DNA of 49,278 nucleotides, filler included, from Jimgerdemannia flammicorona (taxonomy: Eukaryota), in NCBI GenBank assembly GCA_003990765.1. It is 2 parts of 2 records of this genome, joined end to end, with 100 filler letters (N's around TTAATTAATTAA, not from the genome) between each part and the next. Parts side by side here need not be neighbours in the genome. Positions count along the whole stretch, not along the records: positions 1 to 24,589 come from RBNJ01000954.1; positions 24,690 to 49,278 come from RBNJ01000955.1. The stretch is one strand, 5' to 3'. Of this stretch, positions 12,308 through 24,871 are shown in pieces (the first letter of the stretch is position 1; every line of letters begins with the position of its first letter). The notes under the pieces are model-generated. The model had not been told where the DNA came from and did not search any database. It saw only the letters and a list, made by a program, of their open reading frames with translations. A program made the translations under genes and the position numbers.

Positions 12308-15300
12308 ATGTGACTTTTCAGCTCATAAGAACCCACAGTCAAACTGGATACATTTGATACAACACCAACCTCTGCTACTACAGGAGAACCAGTTATCACT
12401 AGCATCTGGACAGGAAGAGAAGTAATCACCTCAAGACTTGCCAACTACCCAGCATCAGAAGGCTCCCAACCACAAGGCAGTACAGCCTGAAATCCCCAAC
12501 CAGATCAATCAGACAATATAGATAGCCCTGCTAGAAACTTTGAAGAACTTGCACAAGAACTAGAAGATCTTATCACACAAACCTGAGACCTTACAGCCAG
12601 ACACCCCACATCAGTCTCACCAATTTCACCAATAGAACCTTTACCACAACTTCTTGCAGAATTGGAAGTAGCTCCTACAAGAATACCTAGGCTTATTCTA
12701 CTTTGTCCAAGGTCCAGAACACTATCCTCAAGATACCCAAGCACCCTCATCTCCAGTGATAGTTCAGAAAGTGAATCAGAATCAGAATCCAAACCTGAAC
12801 CAGAATCAGAAGAAAGTGACAATGAAATGGCCACCTCATTGCCAACCTTTGCAGAATATCTGGAGGAAGACCCCAGAGAATTCCTTGATGGAATTGAAGG
12901 AATCGCAGCCTTGAGGAATCTTTCTGATGAAAGAAAAATTGCTATCTACAAGACTCAGCTCAGAGAACCAGCTAGAGGAATTTTCTACTAAATAGCAAAT
13001 AACTCAGATTCAGAACTAGCAAGACAGATTCAAGCAGTAATGTCTTTCAAGCTAGAATATGAAGCCATGGTCTACTGGCTTATTGAAAAGTATGCAGGAA
13101 ATGAAACCTGCCACAAGGCTCAAAAATCCATCATGGGGATAAAGATGAATCTTGGAGAATCACCTAGAGCCTTCTTCACAAGAATCCAGAAGAGAATGCA
13201 TACTGCTGGGTTCAATGCCATCAACTAGGACATTATAGGTCCAATGACCTTCATGAATGGAATTCCCCCAAACATTGCCCAGTATGTTCGCACTCTAGGT
13301 ATCAGAAGGTCTGAAGAGTAAGTAGATGCAGCCCAAGGATTCTTTGATGTCAGACAAGGAACTACTTGGAGTGATCATGATAAGAAAGAAGATAAAGAAG
13401 ACATCCTGGTCAAAGCCCTATAAGGACTCCTTTAAGGACAAGAAAGATCTAAAGAAAGAAGGCCAGCCAAGGAAGAAAAGAAGAACAGAAGTGAAATCCA
13501 AGACCTCAGCTCCAAGTTGGACTGATTGGTTGGACAGATTGAAAAACTCACCATACATGAAAATTGGGGCTACCAAGATAACAGAGGATACCCACCACAG
13601 AGGAGCCAAGGTTATCCACTAAGAGATAACAAGAATTATCAGCAAGAAGAAAGAAGATATCCTGTCTGAGACAGAGCCCAAGTCCAATGCTTCCACTGTG
13701 GACAATTTGGACACTATGCTACTGAATGTGATAATAAAAGAAGTAACCAAAGGGACTCAGAATCATCAAACCGAAGGAATGACACCCAGTACAAAAAGAC
13801 TGAAGCTCATCCTGTTGAAGATTTCGAGGAGGCAAGCAATAGTAAAGACTATAGTGATCTGGACTTATACCCTACCAAGGTTACCACTCAGAAAATAGTC
13901 TATCTAGTAGAGAAAAGAAAGAGACCTATAGGAAGACCATCCAGGAATATTAGCAGAAGAATCATCCAAGAGAAAGACAAAGAATATAAAGAAGAACAAG
14001 TAGAAATACCCCCCCAAACCCCCTTACCTTTTGTCAATAAGACAAATGAGTTGCCACCAGAAGATGAAGAAATGGAACAAGAAGAACGGGAACCTGTTAT
14101 CCCAAAGCCCAAGAAAAAGTACACCCCAAAGACCATGCCTAGAGACATCTACAATGAAGCCTAGCAGAAGATCCAAGAGGCCAAGATGGAAGTTCCCCTC
14201 CTGTAGTTCCTGCAACTGACACCAGCTGGAGTCCAAAACAAATTGCTGAGAACCACCAGATCTAGCACTGGCTGAGTCCCAATCCCACAGTAAGAACCAG
14301 TTTCCATCCCTGTCTAGGCAGCTGAAAGATATGTCAGCACCTACCTATATGGAGACATTGGAGGACAAAAGGTGAAGATCCTCATAGATACAGGAGCAGC
14401 TGTCTGTGTCATTGCCAAATGGTTCCTGAACACCCTCCAATGGCCCATTGATGGACCATCTAACCTCAGCATCATAGTAGTAGATAGAGCCCGAACTCAA
14501 CCCCTTAGAGAAGTATGAAATATCACTATCTCCCTTGGACACATTCAGTTCTCTATTCCCAAAGCTGTTGTCACTGAAGCTGTCACCTATGACATAATTC
14601 TTGGCACCAACTGGATGAAGCAAATGAATGCAGTTGTTGATATTGGCCAACAAGTACTCAAGTTTGACTACTGAGGCAAGAAGTATAGAGTTAAGGTGAC
14701 CAGCTATGAGCAATCGAAGAAGAAGAAGAAGGTCACTATTCAGGAAGAATATGCCAGCAGCAAGGAGTCTACTACAGAAGAGGAAGAAGAATCTGAAGAC
14801 AGAAATGATCCCAGACTCAATCCCCAAATTAATCTGGTAGATAACAGACTGGAAGATAATGTGTGGGCTAAGAACACCATCCCTATTACAATTGGAGCTA
14901 TTGTAGGAGAAGCCAAAGGATGCCCTACCTGCCTCAAGAGACACAAGTGTCCCAAGCATTCCTTCAAGACCATGGGAACAAGGAAATCACCTGGCACAGC
15001 CTGCCCAGAATGCAGAAAGAAGAAGAAGAAATACAGACATGTTCCAGAAACACCTGCAACTAAAGCTGCAGAAGTACAAGCAATTTGGGGTCAAGAATTA
15101 TCTGTAGAAGAAGAAACTTCTGATCAAGAAGTCCCTAAACAAGAAGCACCTGAAGAAGAAGAGGTCCCTGAACTCATTCCCTGGGATGATTCTCACTGGA
15201 CACCACCTGAAGGCAATGACCCTTGAAATACAGAAGAAGGACCCAGTACAATCACCATTATCCCCAAGAAAGAAACTTACCAAGAAAAGGCTTTCCAGCT

Positions 15301-18300
15301 AGGAAGATGTCCACATCAAATGGTCTTCCACTCTCCTTAAGACTACTGCTACCAGTGCCATTTACTAGACCAATAGGAAAGATAGAGATCCCAGAGACCA
15401 GAACCCCCGAACATACTTGCACAGTCAACTACTTTCCAAGAAATTACCACCAAGATGCAAAGCCAATTCAGGGGACAAGGCTTCTTCATCCAGATAGAAA
15501 TATATCTCTTGTCTACTCTTCCACCCACCTATGACCAAGATGGGTACCAATTTCCAAGACAACAAGAGATCAATAGTTGGGAACATCATTTCCAAGCAAT
15601 GAGATACTGCAACCATAGAAGACACCCAGACTGTCAGTACTGCAGGCATCAGAAGATCCATCTCAGTCATGATGTTGTAGTTCACACCTTGAAGAGAGGA
15701 GATAACTGAAGCCAGATCTGAAAAAGCCAGACCAAAAAGCCAGAAAGAAAGACCCTCAAGATCTATGATTTAGGAGAAGACATCCTAGCTCTCATCAGAC
15801 ATACAACCTGTCAAGGATGGGCAGAAGATACCACCAACTTCATGGAAGCCCTTGACCCTACAGGAAGAAGGGGAATCAACTATCTCCGAGACCCCTCTAC
15901 TGAAGCCAGATGGCCACACCTCAACCTTAGAGCTTGGAGGCTCTCCACTAGTGGAGCTTCAGCCTTAGGAAAGCCCAAACTCAGTAAGGATATCACTCAG
16001 TATGCCTTGCTGCACCCCAAGGCTAAACCCCCGACCAAAACCCACCCAGAGAATGTAGGATATGATCTTCACAGCCTGGAGGATGAATCTATCAAACCTG
16101 GAAAAACCTTCATGATCAGAACCAGATTAGCCATACAGCCACCCCAAGGAGCTTATATCTAACTGACCTTAAGGTCCTGACTTGCCAGACAAGGAATAAC
16201 TGTAGAAGGAGGAACCATTGACCCAGGATATACAGGCAAAATCAAGGTTATCTTACACAACAGCAGTACAGAATGGCACCAAATCATTAGAGGACAGAAG
16301 ATTGCTCAAGCAGTCTTCATGAAAATCAAGACTCCACAGTTACAAGAAGTCTCTGAACTAACTGAAGGAACAAGACAAGCTAAGGGATTTGGAAGTTCAG
16401 ATAGGAAGGAAGTACACCTCCTTCAAGTCAACTACCTCAAGAGGAATATTCCCCAGCAAGTGTATCAGCAACCAGTCAGACTGTACAAGATCTTATCTTG
16501 GAGTCTGGAGAACAAACTACCTTCGAAATCTTTGCACCACCTGACCCCAGAAACCTTTTCTTCAAACCCAAGGAAGATATTCCCCACCTAGACATAGAGG
16601 GACACATATTCTCTGACAAGATGAAACCAGTACACTTCTGAGCAACCAACCAAAGCTGGGAAACCATCATTTTGCCAAAAGAAACCATCATTGGACACCT
16701 GGTACCCTTTCTTAACTGAACTTATAGGGAAGTTTATGAACTAAACCTATTGGGAAATGGCAAAAGGTCCCAGAAGAAAGGAAAGGCCCCTCTGTGACCC
16801 AGGAAACAGCGAAGCCTTCCACCAACATTGGAGAAGAATTGACACCTCGACAACAGCAACAACTAGTAGAACTTCTCAACAAATATCAAGATATCTTCAC
16901 CACTGATTATGGCAACCTACCATACAATCCATCATACCACCACAGCATAAAAACAGGAAATGCAACACCCATCCAACAGAAACCCTATAGAATACCCCAT
17001 CACTTAAAAACATTCAAAAAGGAGCACATTCAAGAACTCTTAAACAATGGAGTCATCTGACCCTCTACTAGCCTCTGGGCCAGCCCTATACTTATTGTAC
17101 CAAAGAAAGGAGGATGGAGACTCTGTGTAGATTATAGGAATCTCAATTCAGTCACTGAAAAGGATACCTATCCTTTGCTCAGAATCAATGACCTTTTGGA
17201 TCAGTTATAAGATACCAGATACTTCAGCAATATGGACCTCTTCACAGGATTCCATAAGATCCCCATGGACCCCAAGAACATTCAGAAGACATTCAGAAGA
17301 CAGCCTTTCTTGCTTTAGGAAAACTGTTTGAGTACCTCTGAATGCCCTTTGGACTTTGCAATACACCTCTCACCTTTCAGAGGATGATGAATTTAGTCTA
17401 TACTCCCTTGATCCACCACTGCCTGATTGTATATATGGATGATTCCAACATCTATTCAGCAAATTTTGAAGAACACCTGTACTACCTAGAGGAATTCTTC
17501 AAGCTCACCCATAAGAACCACTTAAGATTGAATGCAAAGAAATGCTACTTTGGGAAACAGAAACTTGAATTCCTTGGATTTATAGTTTTGAAAGAAGGAA
17601 CACATACAGACCCAAAGAAACCTGAGAAGATCAGCAATTGGCCAATATCCAAGACTCCAAAGGAAACACTACCATTTCTGATGCTAGTATCCTACTACAG
17701 AAGGTTTATCAAGGACTTTGCCCAAATCGCTGCCCCAATCCAGATCCTTCTCAAGAAAGGAGTGCCATTCAAATGGACAGAATCACAAGAAAAAGCCTTT
17801 GAAGAACTCAAGAACCACATGACTACAGCACCAATCCTTGTGTATCCCAATCTACAGAAGCCATTCATCTTATATACAGATGCTTCTAAAGATGGCCTCA
17901 GAGCAGTCCTAGCCCAAGAAGGACCCGATCAACAACACCATGTGATAGCTTATGCAAGCAGAGCTACCAATCAGCAGCAGATAAACTATGGTAGCACCAA
18001 ACTGGAATGCCTTACAGTCTATGGGCAGTCACCCTGTTCAAACATTATCTTATTGGAAAAAGGTTCACTCTGATCACAGACCATGCAACTCTCAAATGAC
18101 TATTCAACCACAAGGAATCCACTGGAATCCTAGCCTGCTGGATCCTTATTCTTCAGAATTACAAAATCACCATCATTTACAAAACAGGAAAAGTCCACAA
18201 CAATGTTGATGTACTTTCCCACCAACCCCAATGAACCAGAACCCTGAGGAACTACACCCTAAAGGAAGTCCCTGTGACTATTAAGGAACAAGAAGATCTC

Positions 18301-19286
18301 ATCCAACAAGAACACCAGAAAGCCCACCAAGGACAGATAAGTACAGAAGACAAGATTTGAAAACAATATTAACATTGGCCCCATCTCAGAACACAAGTCT
18401 GAGACATCATTCAGAAATATGACACCTGCCAGAAGTATCAAGGAAAGAAGAACTATCAAGCCCCTCTGCAACCAATTCCCCCACCTACTCACATCTTTCA
18501 AAGATGGAGAATAGATGTAATTGGACCTCTACCAGTTACACTAAGAAGAACCAAATATATTCTTGTACTTGTGGAACATCTGACCAAGTGGCCTGAGGCT
18601 TTTCCAATAGAAATCACAGATGCCTTAACCATTGTAGGCCTTCTCCATGGACTTACACTCAGATATGGATCACTAGAAGAACTCATCTCTGACTGAGGCA
18701 TGGAATTCATCAACACCATAATCACAAATTATGCTCGAATTCACAAGATCCACCTCAAATGGACCACATCATATCACCCTCAGACCAATGGCATGACAGA
18801 AAGAATGAACCAGACCATTAAGAAAGGACTTGCTCAAGTCAATCCTACCAATTGGGACCTCTGCTTACCTGAGATCCTATGGGAAATTCGAAATACCCCT
18901 GCTGCATCAACCAAACAAAAGCCCTTCGAAATGATGTTTGCCAAGAAAACTAGAACTGCTGACCATGAGAACCTCGGAAAGCTTCTTGAAAAGAGAGATC
19001 AGCTACAAAATGAAGCCCGAATTCAGATTATCAAGGCCCAGGAAAAACAAAAGAAGTGTTATAACCAGAAACAGAAGGATCAGAAGATCAAGATTAGCAA
19101 TCAATCCTAGTTTGGAGAAGTATGATAGAAACAAACTTTGCTGCTAAACTGGAACCAAAATGGAAAGGACTATACCTTGTATACAATATCAGAGGAACCA
19201 GTATCTATATAAGAAGTATGGATGGATGTGTCTTGAGAACTCCAGTCCACATCAATTGCCTCAAAATATACCTGCACAAATCATGA
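12308..19286 (+). pseudogene. Gag-Pol of element 1 (apparently one ancestral frame, now with many stops and a few frameshifts)
   Basis: CCHC knuckle QCFHCGQFGHYATEC (about 13685), protease ILIDTGAAV (about 14378), [12 protein letters not shown] and YMDD, RNase H LYTDASKDG, integrase EHQKAH...CQK and HPQTNGMTER. Confidence 0.9.
16005..16402 (+). pseudogene. dUTPase domain between protease and RT (element 1)
   Basis: VGYDLHS, LRS*LA, GGTIDPGYTGKIKVIL, IAQAVF, RQAKGFGSS match the five dUTPase motifs. Confidence 0.9.
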
Positions 19287-19789
19287 CTCAGAGGATAGAT
19301 CAATGCCTCCAGACCCTCATCCTCAGCTCTCTCCAAGCTCTGCCAATTCCCCTGCCCCAGTTCTGCCAACTTGAAGGAACCCCCATATAATTGATCCAGA
19401 AGCATCAAGAGAATCTTACCATTGCCCAGAGGTTGCTTCAGATCTACCATCTACAAGCCTTCTACAACATTGGACAGCTATTGACAGAACAACCTTACAT
19501 AAGGAGCCCAGCCAGAATTACTCTCAGAGAAGCAAGAACTGCTAAATGAATCTACACCCTGTACAATTGAAATTTTGGAGCCCTGGTGCAGTCTCACTTC
19601 CACCTCAATAATATTCATCAGATGAATGAGACCACCTTTCAGAGTATTCTTCAACAAGTGGACATTCTGTTTCCTGAAGAACAAGAGGAAGATTCAGAGC
19701 TAGAATAGAGTGACCCAGATATAGGCAATGAAGATGATGGAACAGGCATAGATGCAGAAGCAGCTTATGCTTATTGGGATGATGACTGA
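19283..19789 (+). pseudogene. Extra ORF (168 codons) between integrase and PPT, function unknown
   Basis: ATG overlaps the pol stop (TCATGA). One frame, MTQRIDQCLQ...YWDDD*, with only transition-type internal stops and an acidic tail. Confidence 0.7.
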
Positions 19790-19828
19790 AGAACAGTCTG
19801 AGATAGACTATTCTTCAGTGGGGGCTGA

Positions 19829-20919
19829 TGTGACAAATCACAAAATGTAGCAATCTTGAAATCCAACCAGGTGACATGAATATTAGTATAGCACAGTAAC
19901 CAGCAACCATTGCTGCAGAAATGTATAAATAACCCAGATAGCAGGAAAAACCCTAACAGTAGCTATCATCCTGACAGCGAATGTCACCCTATAAATAGTA
20001 TTCTATAGTTAACCAGATAGTGACCAAGATAGCAACCACAATGTATAAAATACCCCAGAGATAAGAGTGAATAAACCTCAGTCCAAAAGTTGAATACAAA
20101 CTAAAGCAAAATTCAATTGTCTGGTACACTTAGGAGAAATGCCTGCCAAAAGCCACTTGATTCAGAAAGGATTGCAACACTTAGAAGATATGCCTGCCAA
20201 TGAGCCACTACTAAGAAGTTGTGAGCTTGGTTCTCTTCTCTTCCACTCTGGTCCACTTTCCAATATAAAGAACAAGTCCGTTTTTGGTTTGCTTGCCAGA
20301 TAAGCCTGAAGATTTGCTGCCCAAGTTCAAGAAAGAACTTCACCACTATTTTCAAGAAGTCCGCCAATTCAGGAAGAATCCATACCATCATATTCTCAGT
20401 TGAAGCCACTACTTTTGAGTTATCCGCATTCCTAGAGAATCTGCAACACCTGAGTTATTATTCCCAGAAGAGTCCAATTCAGAAGAACCCATATCATCCC
20501 CTCTTCCCAGTAAGCTAAATCGAGTTATCTACCAGAAATCACATACTTTTGGAAATTGTCATGCTATATAACAATCATCATGCAGAGATTACTGCCACCT
20601 AAGAAGGAAATTGCTAAATCACCAGATTGTCACACAGAGATCATTGCACTATACACGAGATTCTACCAATTCCCAGATTGATCCAAGAAGGAAACCCATT
20701 CATACAAATTGCTGCTATACCCAGAGAACCATCCCAATTAGGAAATCGATATACAGATCACTCGAAGATATCCAGCTTTGACTACTATACCACTAAACAC
20801 CAAGGACCTCAGAAATTGTAGAACATTTTGTTGCTTTTGACAAAGTAACTGGGGGCTCAAGCCAAACTATATTGACCCACAACCTTGTAATTTGCCTCCA
20901 TTGAGCCAGGCACATTACA
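19829..20919 (+). repeat. 3' LTR of element 1 (1091 bp), preceded by PPT-like AGTGGGGG
   Basis: TGTGACAAATCAC...GGCACATTACA, followed by TSD ATAC. Confidence 0.95.
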
Positions 20920-21040
20920 ATACAAACTCAAAAAGCTGTGAATATAAACTAGTAAATACAAACTGAAGTTTTTTTTTTCTAATAATACTAAAGAAATAAG
21001 TCTTATAGTAAACTATATATCAGTAATAAATAATAATAAA

Positions 21041-21404
21041 TAGTACTTCTAAATGAATTGAATCAAATTGAATTAGAGATTTTTTAATTTGAATTGAGTT
21101 TGAATTGAATTGAGTTTGAATCAAATTGGAATCTAATTCAAATTGTTTGAATTGAATTAAGGTCTGATTTAATTCAAAATTAAAAGTCAAACTTTGAAAT
21201 ATAATAACTTGATAAATACATATCTAAATTTAATAAATTGTAGCTTATTGGATTCACCTTGATAAGGTAAATCCAGTATAATAAAAATTATTAAATTTGG
21301 ACATTTTTCTATCAAGTTATTGAATTTTAAAAATTTAGATTTGAATTGAAATTTGAATTGAATTGGACCTTGATTTAATTCAATTTAATTCATTGGGAGC
21401 ACTA
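21041..21404. mobile_element. hAT-type MITE, decayed copy
   Basis: Ends TAGTACTTCT / GGGAGCACTA, 8-bp TSD ATAATAAA / ATAATAGA, TTGAA subterminal repeats and a central palindrome. Same family as 24872-25295. Confidence 0.8.
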
Positions 21405-21964
21405 ATAATAGATAATTATAGAATATTTTATAATAAAAAGAAAGCAGAAAAATGATACAATATATCTCTCTATATCTCTCTCTTCAAGTATTATATATAT
21501 TATATTTGAGATTTTCTACCATCAGGACCTATCTATAATTTTTATTTTCACTATAGTTTCTTATATTTTAAGCATAGATAAATAGCATTCTTTTAGTATA
21601 TTTATAGTTATTTTGTAGTTATTACTTAGTTATACTATATTCTTATATTATATTGCATATTATCTTATTGAGTAAGAGTATTGAAATTTCTATTATTTTG
21701 ATATATCAATTATGTAACTTATATATATATATAACTATATTATCTTTGAGTTATATTACTTGATATATAAATATATACTATCTAGAATAATAAATAAACT
21801 GCTACTCTTCTTTTCTATTCTCTACTTTACTAAGTTATAATATATATTACTAGTTATATATAATCTATATCAGTATAATAAGCTTAACAACTAAGTATTA
21901 GCTGGTCTACCTCAGTCTCTACTAATTTCTATTAAGAAGTTTGAGTAAGTCATAATGAATTTTA

Positions 21965-23525
21965 AGTGAGAGACAAAAATGAGTCAATATTATATAATTA
22001 TTACTTTATAAATTTATTATAATTTAAATATAAATATTATTAAATAAATATTTTAATCAATAATAAAGTAATTATATACTTTTTAGAAAATATAAAATAT
22101 ATCTATATTTGGTTAATTAATTACATAGTTATTACTATTTAAAGTTAAATTAATCATTGGCTCATTTTTGTCTCTTACTGTTATCTTAATATTCTTTATG
22201 CTATAATTCATTTTATAATAGAGCTAAATATTTAAATTTTTTTCCATATATTTATTTTGATATTCTCTATCTCTCTATACCATTTTAACTTCTTTTAAAT
22301 AATGAAAAGGTTGTCCACTGACATCTGAAACCATATCATCAGTGAGTTGAAGTCTGGTAAAAAAAACCAACAGATTGTATAACAAATAGAGGTTAGTATA
22401 GCAACTATGAAACATATACAAAAGGCAGAGTGCATTAATATTGAAAAGTATATGAAATGAGGCTGTCCACATAAGCTTTCCATTCACAATGAGATATGGA
22501 TTATTTGTTAATGAGGTATGAGTTGTTTGTCAGATAATGATGAGTAAGGTAGATAATTATGAAACAACTTAAAGACAATAGCAAAGATGATGGCTTAGCA
22601 TTAGTCCTATGATGATATGTCTATCAGATGTCATGGTACATTATATACTATTAAAAAATCACTGAATTTGACTGAACTGCTCACATGAGATAGCTTAAGC
22701 ATTTTTTTTTTACACAAACACTATCTGAACTCAAATAGTTAATCATTGTCTTATCAGAGAAAATAACTAACCTGTTTCTAGTCATTGACAGTCTAATCCT
22801 TATATCTAACAGTGAATTCATACTATAGTATGGAAGTAAATATGGTATCTTTGTCTTCAGTATATCATTATAGGGCTAACACTAATGTATGTTTTGCTGT
22901 CATTTTTGCCATTGTCTTTAAGTTGTTTTATAGTTATCTGCCTTACCCATCATCATCTGATGAATGACTCATACCTCATTAATGAATGACCCATACCTCA
23001 TTATGAATAGAAAACTTATGCAAGCAGTCTTATTTATATACTTTTCAACATCAACACACTCTGCCTTTTATACATATATATTTCATAGTTGCCCAATCTC
23101 TATTTGTTATGCAATCTGTTGGTTTTTCTTATCAGACTTCAACTCACTGATAATATGGTTTTAGATATCAGTGGACAATCTTTTTATTATTTAAAAGAAG
23201 TTAAAATGGTATAGAGAGGTAGAGGATATCAAAATAAATATATGAAAAATTTTTTAAATATTTAGCTCTATTATAAAATGAATTATGGCATAAAGAACAT
23301 TAAGACAATAGTGAGGGACAAAAATAGACCAATGATTAATTTAACTTTAAATAGTAATAACTATGTAATTAATTAACCAAATATAGATAAATTATATATT
23401 TTTTAAAAGATATATAATTACTTTATTATTGGTTAAAATATCAATTTAATAATAATTATATTTAAATTATAATAAATTTATAAAGTAATAATTATATAAC
23501 ATTGGCTCTTTTTTGACCCTCACTA
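21965..23525. mobile_element. Tc1-derived foldback: inverted duplication of the 5' half of a Tc1-like element
   Basis: Arms of about 650 bp (21965-22620 vs 22860-23525). Terminal AGTGAGRGACAAAAA motif, repeated internally. Both arms encode the transposase N-terminus (MKRLSTDI..., G(R>C)PHKLS). The spacer reads D*TVND*KQV..IFSDKT on the minus strand. Confidence 0.85.
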
Positions 23526-23690
23526 TAATACAACTTTCTTAAACTAAGTCTGATACTAATACTATAGTTGTATTTATTAACTATTTAACTAAGAGTATAG
23601 TTGCTAAATCTACTATAATTAATATTACTATATTCAAAATTACAAGAATCTTTTTTAAGTCAATATTTTATTATTATAGTTTATTATAAG

Positions 23691-23845
23691 TAGTACTTCT
23701 AAATAAATTAAATCAATTTGAATTAAATTGAATTGAGGATTTTTTTATTTGAATTAAAGTTAAATTAAATCAAAATTAAATTAAATTGGGAGTCTGATTT
23801 GATTCAATCAAATTGAATTAAGAGTTTGATTTAATTTGAATCTTA
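23691..23845. mobile_element. Left end of another member of the hAT-MITE family
   Basis: TAGTACTTCTAAAT followed by TTGAA repeats as at 21041; no right end is seen before the gap. Confidence 0.6.
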
Positions 23846-24299
23846 TATTATCAATCTTGTATTATTAATCTTATGTTATCAAGCTTATATCATTAATCTT
23901 TTATATATAACTTATTCATTTTCATACTATTTATTCTATTCTATTCTCTCTATTCCTATTCATTTATAATCCCAGTATTTGACATACATTCTTCAAGTAT
24001 TCCTAATATAATCCCAGTACTCAATATATAATTTAAGTATTTCTAGCATAATTTTAACATCTAATATATAATTTAAGCATTCCTAGTATGATTCTGTATT
24101 CATTCAAGTATTTCCAGCATGTCTGCCCACAGTAGCTACTATTTAATATATATTATTATATGGTCTTTTATATATCTAAAAAAAGGTTGAAGATAGTTAG
24201 ATTAAGATATTGGCAAATCCTGGAAATAGTATAGTATATTTTATCATATACTCTACAATTATGATAACTTATAATATATTGCTCTCTTCTTGGCTTTAG

Positions 24300-24495
24300 G
24301 GCTGAAACTTGAGGGCTAGCAGGAGCTTGAGAGCTAGTAGGGGCTTAGGCTTGAGAGCTGGCAGTGGCTTGGGCTTGAGAGCCAGCAGGGGCTTGAGCTT
24401 GAGAGCCAGTAGGAACTTGGGCTTGAGAGCTAGCAGAGACTTAGACATGAGAGCTGACAGAGCCAGCAGAACTGGCAGAACTGACAGAACCAGAA
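24300..24495 (-). repeat. 24-bp tandem repeat, possibly a decayed coding repeat (SSQAQAPA-like)
   Basis: GCAGGGGCTTGRGCTTGAGAGCYA units; one minus-strand frame reads GSQAQAPAGSQAQATASSQ...PKAKKR. Confidence 0.55.
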
Positions 24496-24589
24496 GAGAT
24501 AGGGTCAGAGCAAGTGGCTGAGATAAATCTCTTAAGTGCTTTCTCAATTTTTTTCTTATTTTTCTTATATTCTTTATTAGTTTTTTTTT

Positions 24590-24689
24590 NNNNNNNNNNN
24601 NNNNNNNNNNNNNNNNNNNNNNNNNNNNNNNNNTTAATTAATTAANNNNNNNNNNNNNNNNNNNNNNNNNNNNNNNNNNNNNNNNNNNN
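24590..24689. other. Assembly gap with artificial six-frame-stop linker
   Basis: 44 N + TTAATTAATTAA + 44 N, totalling 100 bp. Confidence 0.97.
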
Positions 24690-24871
24690 AAATGTATAAA
24701 TACCCCCCAGTTTCCATCTGAAATAAAGCAATTTTAGTTCAGTCCTTGATATAAGAATCAAGTTTCCCCCCCCCTCACACACACATATTCCCCTGAGTCT
24801 TAGTAATGATATCTAAGTGACTTTAGTATTTCTGACTAAACTCCAGAAGCCTAGCTAACTTCTGTCAGAAC

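Larger units (their letters stand above)
11104..20919 (+). mobile_element. Complete Ty3/Gypsy LTR retrotransposon (element 1): gag-PR-ZnF region-dUTPase-RT-RH-IN plus extra 3' ORF
   Basis: Paired LTRs, TG...CA ends, 4-bp TSD ATAC on both sides, PBS, PPT and RT-RH-IN domain order. Confidence 0.95.

Noticed and set aside
21405..21960. Possible decayed gene in AT-rich sequence (also 23530-23690)
   Set aside because: Too mutated; no motif could be recognised.
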